Positions 1 to 12,000 of a DNA stretch of 64,000 nt are shown piece after piece; the first letter of the stretch is position 1, and every line of letters starts with the position of its first letter. The notes below the pieces were generated by a model, which saw nothing but the letters and a program-made list of their open reading frames with translations, ran no database searches and was not told the DNA's origin. The DNA is taken from NCBI RefSeq assembly GCF_009914755.1, contig NC_060945.1. The stretch is one strand, 5' to 3'. The position numbers and the translations under genes were made by a program. This stretch comes from the human T2T-CHM13v2.0 reference genome, Homo sapiens.

Positions 1-3000
1 CGCTAGCTTAAAACTATATGGAAGCCATGAAGCCTTACAGCCTGTACCCTCTGAAGCAGTGATGCAATCTGTACCTGTGCATCTTTCAGCCAAGGTCGGT
101 GCAGGAGCTGGGGCAGCCGGGTTTCAGGCAGCAGTGTCCTGAGGCTGCACACAGCAGCAGGGTCATGGGGCTGGCCCAGGAAACCATTCTTCTCTAATAG
201 GCCCCAGGGACTGTGACAGCAAGGGCTGCTGCAAACATCTCTGAAATGCCTCCAAGGCTTTTTCCCCCAGTGTCTTGGCTATTAGCACTGGCCTCCATTT
301 TATGCAAGTTTCTGGAGCCTTCATGAATTTTCCCCCTGAAAATCAGCTTTTCTTTTTAACCACTTGGCCAGGCTGCGGATATTCCAAACTTTTGAGCTCT
401 GCTTGTCATTTAAATATAAGTTCCAACTTGAGGTCATTTCCTCGGTCACACATAACCTCGGTCACACATGAAAGCACAGGCTGTTTGATGCAGACATGCC
501 CCCACCCTTGTGCTATGCTGCCTAGAAGTTCTTTCCACCAGATATGCACTAAATCTTCACCCTAGAGTTCAAAATTTCACAGATCTTGAGGGCAAGGTCG
601 CCCTGCAGCCATGTTCTTTGCTACAGCAAAACAAAAGCTAACCTTGGCTCCCGTTCCCAGTAAGATCCTCATTTTCATCTGAGACCTTGTAAGCCTGGCC
701 TTCACTGTCCATCCTTCTGCCAGCCTTTTAATCACAACTATTTAACAAGTGCCTACAATGGTCCAAATTTCCCTTCATCTCCCTGCCTTCTTTCAAGATC
801 TCCAAACTCTCCAACCTCTGGCTGTTACCCACTTCTGAACCTGCTTTACATTTTCAGCTATCTTTGTTGCAGCCTGGCAATGCAGAAGAAAAAGAAGTCC
901 ATTTTCAGGGGGAAAACTTCAGGAAGCCTTCAGATATTTGCATTAAAAAGAAGTCCAGTGCTAATAGCCAAGAAGATGGGGAAATGTCATTGAAGATATT
1001 TCATAGCTCCACTTCGCAGTACTTTATTTTCTGCATGATCATAACGAAAAGGGGTTTAATTGGCTCATGGTTCTGCAGGCTGTAAAGAAAGCATAGTGAC
1101 TTCTGCTTCTGGGAGGACTCAGGAAGCCTCCCAATCATACCAGTAGGAAAACAGCAATGAAATGTTTCATACAGCAGGAGTAGGAGCAAGGCTGAGAGAG
1201 GAAAGTGGTGCCACACCGTCCTATAACCAGATCTCATGAGAACTCACTATCACTAGGTCAGCATCAAGAAGATGGTGCTTAAACATTGGTGAAGGATCCG
1301 CCCCCCAACACAGCTCCACCCCCTACCGTTCCAGACAGAAGCCTGCTGCAGAGGCAGAGGCTCTTGGAAATCCTGTACTGTGGCAGTGCAGAAGGAAAAT
1401 AAGGGCTTTGAGTGACTATGCAGGAGGCCACCAGCCTCTAGACCCCAGATTCATAGACCTACCAACAGTTCACACCCTCAGTATGGAAAAGTGATAGGCA
1501 CTCAACACCAGCCAAGCCTATGAGAGCAGCCTTGTGGGCTAAAGCCTGCAAAGCCACAGGCGCACTGCCCTGGTAGAGGTTTTCCAAGAGCCGCTGTCTC
1601 TGCAGCAGGCTACACCCCCTTCCTACTACCCACCACCCTCCCACCACCCTACAGCCAGCCTACTCTTCCCCACCCTACCCACCCCTTTTTTCTTCCACCC
1701 CTACCCCTCCCATCCATGATTAAATAATCTCCCACCAGACCCCAACTCCAACATTTGGGATTACAATTCCACATGAGTTTTTCCAGGGGCACACAGCCAA
1801 ATCATATTATGCTGACCTTGACCCCACCAAATCTCATATCCTTCTCACAGAATAAAATAAAATCGTGTCTTTTCAAAGTTTCCAAAAGCCTTAACTCATT
1901 CCCACATTAACTCAAATGTAAAAAGTTCAAAGTCTCATCTGAGACAAGGCTACAATCTCTTCTGCCTATGAGTCCCTGAAGTTAAAAGGGTGTTCGTTTC
2001 TTTCAAGGTACAATGATGGTACAGATATTGGGTAACTTTTCTCAATCCAAAGGGAAGAAATTTCCAAGAACAATAACACAAATGGGACCCAGGCCCAATG
2101 GAAATCCAAAATCCCACAGGTCAGTGTTCAGTCAATCTCACAGCTCCAAAATCATGAAGAGAACTCAATATCAGAAGGACAGCATTAAGGAGATGGTGTT
2201 TAACCATTTGTGAAGGATGCACCCCCACCCCTGCCTTACACCCCCAACCCCACCACAATCCCCTCCAACCCTCCTCACCACCCAATCCCCCCCATCCCTC
2301 CCCAACCCTGAAACATCCAACCTCCTCTCTCCATCATGATTAAATCACCTTCCACCAGCCCCCACCTTTAACATTTCCCATTAACATTCCACGTTAGCTT
2401 TGGTAGAGACAGAGAGCCAAAACATATTATTCTGTCCCTGGTCCCCCAGAGTTCATGTTTTTCTCACATTGCAAAATGTAATGATGCCTTCCTTAGAGTC
2501 TCTCAAATCTTAACCCATTCCAGCATTTACTCAAATGCCCAAAGCCGAGAGTCTTATTTGAGACAAGTCTACAGACCCTTCTGCCCATGAGCCACTGAAT
2601 TATATATAAAGCAAGTTTACTACTTCCAAGGTGCAATGATTGTACAGGCTTTGGGTAAGCATTCCCAGCCAAAAGGAAAAAAATTGCCAGAAAGAAGCAC
2701 AAAACACAGATGGGACTTACAGACCCCATGCAAGTCAAAAACCCAGCAAGCCAGTCATTGAATCCTACAGCTCCCAAATCATCTTTTCTGAATCTATACC
2801 TCACATCTGGAGCACAGGGGTGGATGGCTGGGCTCCCAAGGCCTTGGGCAGCTCAGCATCTGTGGCTGTGCAGTGTCTATCCCCGACAGGTGCCCTTATG
2901 GGCTGGGCTGGCGTTGAGTACCTGTGGCTTTTCCACACTGAGGGTGCGAGCAGTTGACGGGTCTATGAATCTGGGGTCTGGAAAGTGGTGCATTCCTGTG

Positions 3001-6000
3001 TGGGGGCTGCAACCCTATATGTTCCTTCTGTACTGCCCTAGTAAATGTTTCCCATGAGGCTCTGCCTCTTGGAAAAGCTTCTGCCTCAACACCCAGGTTT
3101 TTCTGTATATACTCTGGAGTCTAGACAAAGGCTCCCAAGCCTCTAGTTCTGTGCTCTGTGCACCTGCTGGCTTAGTACTATGTGGAAGCCACCAAGGTTT
3201 GAAGCTTGCACCCCTGAAGCAGTGATGCAAGCTGTACCTGTGCATCTTTCAGCCGTGACTGGAGCTGTAGCTGTAGCTGTAGCTGCAGGGATGCAGACAG
3301 CAGTGTCCTGAGGACGGACACAGTAGCGCGACCATGGGACTCAATCAGGAAAGCATTCTTCGGTCCTAGACCTCAGGGCCTGTGACAGCAAGCTCTGCTG
3401 CAAAGGTCTCTGAAATGGCTTCAAGGCCTTTTAACCTTGTCTTAGCTATTAGCACTGGGCTCCATTTTATGCAAATTTCTGAAGGCTTCTTGAATTTTCC
3501 CACTGAAAATCAGCTTTGCTTTTTGACCACTTGGCCAGGCTGCAAATTTTCCAAACTTTTAAGCCCTGCTTCTCATTTAAATATAAGTTTCAATTTGAGG
3601 TCATTTATTCAGTCACAGAGAAGACCACAGGCTGTTCAAAACAGACAAGACACCTCTTGAGCTTTGCTGCCTACTTCATTTCACCAGATATACCCTAAAT
3701 CATCACACTCAAGTTCAAAGTTTCAGAGGTCTCCAGGGCAGGGACACCATCCTGCCAAGTTCTTTGCTAAGGGAAAACAAAAGTAACCTTGACTCCTGTT
3801 CCCAGTAAGTTGCTCATTTTCATCTGAGACCTTCTAAGCCTGGTCTTCACTGTCCATCCTTCAGTCACTATTTTAATTATAGCTATGTAACAAGTCTCCA
3901 TGGTCACCCTTTTAATTTAACACATCTCTACAATAGTCCAAATTTTCCCTCATCTTTCTTTCTTCTTCCAAGCCCCCCAAACTGTGCAGCGTCCGGTGGT
4001 TACCCACTTCTGAACCTGCTTCTACGTTTTCAGCCACCGTTGTGGCAGCCTAGCAATGTGGTGAAAGGAGAAAAGTCCATTTTCAGGGGGAAAATTCAAG
4101 AAGGCTTCAGATATTACCATATAAAAGTGGGCAAATGTTAATAGTAAAAAAAAAAAAAAAATGGGGAAAAAACCTTGAGGGCATTTCATGGCTCCACTCT
4201 ACAGTACAAATTTTCTGTAATATTATTTTTAAAAGAGTTTTAATTGGCTCATGGTTCTGCAGGTTGTAAAGGCAGCAAGTGGTTTCTGCTTCTGGGAGGA
4301 CTCAGGGAGCCTCCCAATCATACCAAAAGGCCAAGTGACAATGAGATATTCCATATGGCAGGAGTAGGAAGAAGACACAGAGAAGGAAGAGGTGCCACAC
4401 CAGTTTATACAACCAGATCTCATGAGAACTCACTATCAGGAGATCAGCATCAGGAAGATTAACCAATGGTGAAGGATCCACCCACACCACCGCCTACTGT
4501 TTCCAGGCAGAAGCCTCCTGCAGAGCAGAACCTCTTGGAGAACCTCTACGAGTGCAGTGCAGAAGGAAAATATGGGCTTGGAGCCCCCACACAGGAGGCC
4601 ACCATCCTCCAGACTGCAGATACATAGACCCAACAGCTTGCACTCTCTGCGTGGAACAGCTACAGGCACTCCACACCAGCCCAGCCCATGAGAGCAGCCA
4701 TGGGGGCTACACCCTGCAAAACCACAGGTGCACTGCCCTAGTACAGACTTTCCATGAGCCTCTGCCTCTGCAGCAGGCTACTCCCCCTTCCTGCTACCCA
4801 CCACCCTCTCACCACCCTACTAACAACCTACTCCTCACCCTACCCACCCCTTTTCCTTCCACCCCCGGCCCCCGACCATCCACGATTAAATCACCTCCAG
4901 CCAGGCCCCACCTCCAACATTAAAGATTACAATTCACTTGAGTTTTGTTAAAGAAACACAGCCAAATCATATTATTCTGACCCTGATCCCCACAGTCTCA
5001 TGTGCTTCTCACAGAGAAAAATATATTCATGCCTTTTCAAAAGTTTCCAAAAGTCTTAAATCATTCCAACATTAACTCAAATATAAAAAAATCAACTTCT
5101 CATCTGAGACAGTTCTACAGTACGTTTTGCCTATGAGTCTCTGAATTTAAAAGGATGTTCTTTTCTTTCAAGGTACAATAATGGTACAGGCTTTGGGTAA
5201 GATTTTTCAATCCAGAGGGAAGAAATTTCCGAGGAAGGAAACACAAATGGGACCACAGGCCCAATACAAGTCCAAAACCCAGAAGGCCAGTATCCATTCA
5301 ATCTTACAGCTCCAAAATCATGAAGAGAACTCACTATCACAAGGACAGCAATAAGGAGAATGTTTAATCATTTGTGAAGCATCCGCCCCACAACTCCCAA
5401 TTTTCACTCCTCACCCGCACCACAAATCCCCCATTCTCCCTACGCCCCATCTTCCAACCCCAACTCTCCACCGTGATTAAATCACCTTCCACCAGGCCCC
5501 ACCTTTAACATTCCGATGACAATTCCACATGAGTTTTGGTAGAGACACAGAGCTGAATTTTATTATTCTGTCCCTGGCTCCCCAAATCTCATGTCCTTCT
5601 CACATTGAAAAATATAATGATGCCTTCCCTACAATCCCCCAAAATCTTATATCATTACAGCATTTATTCAAATGTTGAAAGCTTAAAGTCTCATCTGGCA
5701 CAAGGCTACAGTTGCTTAGGCCCATGAGCCTCTGAACTATAAAGCAAGTTAACTACTTCCAAGGTACAATGTTTGTAGAGCCATTGGGTAAGCATTCCCA
5801 GCCAAAAGAAAGAATTTTGCCAGAAAAAAAACAAAACATAGACAGGACTTACCGGTCCCATGAAACTCCAAAACCAAAAGGCCAGTCATTCAATCCTACA
5901 GCTCCAAAATCACCCTTTTTGAAACCCTGTCCCACATCCAGGGCACAGGGGTGTGAGGGCTGGGCTCCCAAGGCCTTGGGCAGCGTGGCATCTGTGGCTT

Positions 6001-9000
6001 TGCAGGGTTTATGCCCACGGCTGCCCTCAGGACCTCGGCTGGTGTTGAGTGCCTGTGACTTTTCCCCACTAAGGATACAAGTTGTTGGGCGTCTATGAAT
6101 CTGGGGTCTGCATGATGGTGGCCTCCAGTGTGGAGGCTCCAACCCCATGTTTTCCTTCTGCACTGCCCTAGTAGAAGTTTCATATAAGGCTCTGCCTTTT
6201 TGGGATGTTTTTGCCTGGACACCCAGGCATTTCCATACATCTTCCAAAATCTATAGAGAGGTTTCCAAGCCTCTGGTCTCATGCTCCGTCCACCAATGGC
6301 TTAACACAATGAGGAAATTACCAAGGCTTCTAGCTGGCACCCTCTGTAGCAGTGACCCAAGCTGTAGCTGTGCATCTTTCAGTCATGGCTGGAGCTGGAG
6401 CTGGAGCTGGAGCTGGAGCTGCAGGGATGCAGGCAGCAGTGTCCTGAGGCTGCACACAGAGGGGGGGCATGGAACTGGCCCAGGAAACCATTCTTCTCTC
6501 CTAGGCCCCAGGGCCTGTAACAGCAAGGGCTGCTGCAAAGGTCTCTGAAATGCCTTCAAGGCCTTTTCCCTATTGTCTTTTCTATTAGCACTGGGCTCCT
6601 TTTCATGCAAGTTTCTGAAGCCTTCCTCAACTTTCCCCCTGAAAATCAGCTTTTCTTTTTGACCACATGGCCAGGCTGCAAATTTTCCAAACTTTTGAGT
6701 TCTGTTTCTCATGTAATGTGAGAGTTGGGACTCATTTAATGTAAGTCTCATCCAGAAGTCATTTCCTCCATCACACATAAGAACACAGGCTGTGTGATGC
6801 AGACAGGACACCTCTTGAGTTTGCTGCTCAGTTCATTCCACCAGATACTCAGTAAATCATCACCCTCAAGTTCAAAATTTCACAGATCTCCAGGGCGAGG
6901 TCACCGTGCAGCCACGTTCTTTGCTAAGGAAACAAAAGTAACTTTGACTTCTGTTCCCAGTAAGAGCTTCATTTTCATCTGAGACCTTCTAAGTCGGGCT
7001 TTCACTAACCATTTTCCTGTGAGCCTTCTGATCACAAGTGTTTAGCAATTCTTTACAAAGATCCAAACTTTCTTTCATCTTCTTGTCTTTGAAGCCCTCC
7101 AAACTCTCCCGACCTCTGTCCGCTACTCCCTTCTGAATCTGCTTCTACATTATCACTATCTTTGCCACAGCCTGGCAATGTGGTAAAGGAAAACAAGTCC
7201 ATTTTCAGGGGAAAATTCATGAAGCCTTCACATACTTGAATGAAAAGAAGCTGAGTGCTGATTGCCACGACAATGACATTTAATAGTTCCACTTTGCACT
7301 ACTAATTTTCTCTATGATCATAAAGAAAAGAAGTTTAATTGGCTCATGATTCTGCAGACCATAAGGAAACATAATGGCTTCTGAATCTGGGAGGACTCAG
7401 GAAGCCTTCCAATCATACCAGAATGTCCAGGGGCAATGACATGATTCATGTGGCAGGAGTAGACACAAGACACACACAGGAGAGAGGGCCACACCCTATT
7501 ATACAAACAGATCTCATGAGAACTCACTATCACAAGGTCAGCATCATGAAGATGGTGCTTAAACATTGAGGAAGGAACAACCACCCACCCCCAACTCCCA
7601 CTGTTTCCAAACAGAAGCCTGCTGCAGAGGCAGAGCCTCTTGGAAAACCTCTACCAGGGAAGTGTGGAAGGAAAATATGGGCTTGAAGCCCCCATGCAGA
7701 TGGCCACCAACCTCCAGACCCCAGATTCATAGACCCACCAAGAGCTCACACCCTCTGTGGAAAAGCTACAGGCACTCAACAACAGCCCAGACCGTGAGAG
7801 CAGCTGCAGGGGCTAAACCCTGCAAAGCCACAGGTGCTCTGTCCTAGTAGAACTTTTCCATGAGGCTTTGCCTCTGCAGCAGGCTGCTCCCCCTTGCTAC
7901 TACCCCCCACGCTCCCACCATTCTACTGCCAGCCTACTCCTCCCCACCCTAACCAACCCTTTTGTGATACCCTACCTTGTTTTAACCTGGTCGACTCTCC
8001 CTTAGCTGAGAGGGCCAGACAGACTCCATCTTGGCTCCTTCACTTGCAGCCCCTTACCCACCCCCCTTCCTCAAGGACTTAACTTGTGCAAGCTGACTCC
8101 CAGCACATCAAAGAATGCAATTACTGATAAGATACTCTGGCAAGCTATATCCACAGTTCCCAGGAATTCGCCCGGTTGATAGTACACAAAACCCCAGCAT
8201 TTGTGTCCAGTTGATAGCACCCAAAGCCCCCACATCTATCACCTTTGGATGGATTTAAAGCCCCTGCACATGGAAATGTTTGTTTTCCTGTAGCCATTTA
8301 TCTTTTTAACTTTTTTGCCTGTTTTGCTGCTGTGAGAGTCCTTCAGCGAGGCTCCCCCTCCCCTTTCTAAACCAAAGTATAAAAGAAAATCTAGCCCCTT
8401 CTTCCAGGCCAAGAGAATTTTGAGCACCAGCGGTCTCTCAGTTGCCGGCAATAAAGGTCTCCTGAAGTCGTCTCATGGTTTGGCGTTTCTCTACAACTCA
8501 CTCGGTTACAACCCTTTTCCTTCCACCCCAATCTCCTCCAATCAATGACTAAATGATCTCCCCCAGGCCCCACCTTCAACATTTGGAATTACAATTGCAC
8601 CTGAATTTTTATAGGGACACACAGCCAAACCATATTATTCTGACCCTGATATTCCAGAATCTCATGTCCTTAACACAGAGCAAAATACAATCATGCCTTT
8701 TCAAAACTTCCAACAGCCTTAACTCATTCCAAGTGTAAAAAGTTCAAAGTCTCATCTGAGACAAGGCTACTGTCCCTTCTGCCCATGGGTTCCTGAATTT
8801 AAAAGAGATTTCTTTTCTTTCAAGGTACAATGATGGTACAGGTGTTGTGTAAGCTTTCTCAATCCAAAGGGAAGAAATTTCCCAGAATACACAAACGGGA
8901 CCGCAGGGCAAATGCAAGTCCAACACCCAGCAGGACACTATTCACTCAATCTCACAGCTCAAAAATCATCAAGAGAACTCACTATCATGCGGACAGCATT

Positions 9001-12000
9001 AAGGAGATAGCGTTTACCCATTTGTGAAGAATCTTCCATCCCACCCTCATCTTTCACTCCCACCCACAAAATAATCTCTCCCATTCTCCCCACACCCCTA
9101 CCTCCAACATCCACTCTTCTCCATGATTAAATCACCTCCCACCAGGTCCCACCTTTAACATTCCCCACGACAATTCCACATGAATATTGGTAGAGAGACA
9201 GAATCAAATCGTATTATTCTGACTCTTGCTCCCCAAATCTTGTATCCTTGTCACGCTGCAAAATACAATGATGACTTCTCTACTGTCCCCCAATGACTTA
9301 ACTCATTCCAGCATTTACTGAAATGTCCAAGGACTTACAGACCCCATACAAGTCAAAAACCCAGCAGGCCAGTCATTGAATCCTACAGCTCCAAATCATT
9401 TTTTCTGAATGGATATCTCACATCCAGAGCACAGGCGTGTCATGGCTGGGCTCCCAAGGCCTTGGGCAGCTCTGCACCTGTGGCTGTGCATGGTCTATCC
9501 CCCACAGCTGCCCTCATGGGCTGGGCTGGTGTTGAGTGCCTGTAGCTTTTCCAAACTAAGGTTGGAAAAGCCAGCTGTTGGTGGGTCTATGAATCTGGGG
9601 TCTGGAGAATGGTGCCTCCATGTTTAGGGACTCCAGTCTTATATTCTCCTTCTGTACTGCCCTAGTAAAGGTTTCCCATGAGGCTTTGCCTCTTGGAAAA
9701 GCTTCTACCTGAAAACCCAGGTTTTTCCGTAGATACTCTGGAGTCTAGACAAAGGCTCCCAAGCCTCTAGTTTTGTTCTCTGTGCACCTGCTGGCTTAAC
9801 ACTATGTGGAAGCCACCAAGGCTTGAAGCTTACACCCCTGAAGCATGATGCAAGCTGTACCTGTGCATCTTTCAGCCATGGCTGGAACTAGAGCTGCAGG
9901 GATGCAGGCAGCAGTGTCTTGAGACTGCACATAGAGGGGGGTCATGGAACTGGCCTAGGAAACCATTCTTCTCTCCGAGGCCCCAGGGCCTATGATAGCA
10001 AGGGCTGCTGCAAAGGTTTCTGAAATGGCTTCAAGGCCTTTTCCCTATTGTCTTGGCTATTAGCACTGGGTTCCTTTTCATGCAAATTTCCGAAGCCTTC
10101 CTCAGTTTTCCCCTGAAAATCAGATTTTCTTTTTGACCATTTGGCCAGGCTGCACATTTTTGAGTTCTGTTTCTCATTCAATATAAGAGTTGGGACTCAT
10201 TTAATGTAAGACCCATCCAGATGTCATTTCCTCGGTCACACATAAGGGCACGGGCTGTTCGATACAGACAGGACACCCCTTGAGCTTTGCTGCCCAGAAG
10301 TTTATTCCATCAGATACACAGTAAGTCATCACCCACAAGTTCAAAGTTTCACAGATCTCCAGGGCAGTGTCACTGTGCAGCCACGTTCTTTGCTACAGCA
10401 AAACAAAAGGCACCTTGGCTCCTGTTTGCAGTAAGTTCCTCATTTTCATCTCACAGCCTCTCAATCTGATCCTTACTGTCTATTTTCCTGTGAGCCTTCT
10501 GATCACAAGTATTCAACAATTCTTTACAAAGATCCAAACTTACCCTCATCTCCCTGTCTTTGAAGTCCTCCAAACTCTCCAGAACTCCATCTGCTACCCC
10601 CTTCTGAACCTGCTTCTACATTATCAGCTATCTTTGTCATACCCTGGCAATGTGGTAAAGGAAGACAAGCCCATTTTCCGGGGAAAAATTCAAGGAGGTT
10701 TCAGATACTTGAATAAAAAGAAGCTGAGTGCTGATTGCCAAGACATTAGAGAGAAGGCCTTGAAGACATTTAATAGATCCACTTTGCAGTAATAATTTTC
10801 TCCATGATCATAAAGAAAAGAGGTTTAATAGGTTAATGATTCTGCAGGCTGTAAGGAAGCATAGTGGCTTCTGCATCTGACAGGACTCAGGAAGCCTCCC
10901 AATCATACCAGAACGTCAAGGGGCAAGGAGATGTCTCATTTGGCAGAAGTAGGAGCAAGACAGAGAAAGGAAACAGGTGTCATGCCCCATTACACAAGCA
11001 GATCTCATGAGAACTCACTATCACAAGGTCAGCATCTAGAAAATGGTGCTTAAACATTGGTGAAGGATCCGCCCCACACACCCAACTCCCACTGTTTCCA
11101 GGCAGAAGCCTCCTTCAGATGCAGAGCCTCTTGGAAAACCTCTATTATGGAAGTGCAGAAGGAAAATATGGGCTTGAAGTCCCCACACAGGTGGCCACCA
11201 ACCTCCAGACCCCGGATTCATAGGCCCACCAACAACTCACGCCCTTAGTGTAGAAAAGCTACAGGCCCTCAATACCAGCCCACCCCACGAGAACAGCTGA
11301 GGGGCTAAAACCTGCAAAGCCACAGGTGCACTGCCCTAGTAGAGGTTTTCCACGAGGCTTTGCCTCTGCAGCAGGCTACTCCCCCTTCCTACTACCCCCC
11401 ACCCTCCCACCACCCTACTGCCAACCCACTCCTCCCAATCCTACCCATCCCTTTTACCTTCCACCGCCACCAACCCCCTGTCCATAATTAAGTCACCTAC
11501 TTCAACATTAGGGATTACAATTCCACATGAGTTTCATAGGGACACACAGGAAAACCATATAATTCTGACCCTGATATTCCAGAATCTCATGTCCTTATCA
11601 CAGAGCAAAATACAGTCATGACTTCTCAAAAGTTTGCAAAAGTCTTAACTCATTCCAAATGTAAAAAATTCAGTCTCATCTGAGACAAGGCCACAGTCCC
11701 TTCTGTCTATGAGTCCCTGAATTTAAAACGGAGTTCTTTTCTTTCAAGGTACAATGATGGTAGAGACATTGTGTAAGCTTTCTCAGTCCAAAGGGAAGAA
11801 ATTTCCCAGAAAAATAACACAAATGGGCCTACAGGCCCAATGCAAGTCCAAAACCCAGCGGGACAGTATTCACTCAGTCTCTCAGCTCCAAAATCATCAA
11901 GAGAACTCACTATCATGTGAACAGCATTAAGGAGAGTGTGTTTATCCATTTGTGAAACATCCGCCCCCCACCCTCATCTTTCACTCCCACCCACAAAAAA

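Noticed and set aside
6387-6422. (GGAGCT)n giving WS/LQ dipeptide runs
   Set aside because: Simple hexamer slippage; copy number differs in the HOR counterpart near 25943.
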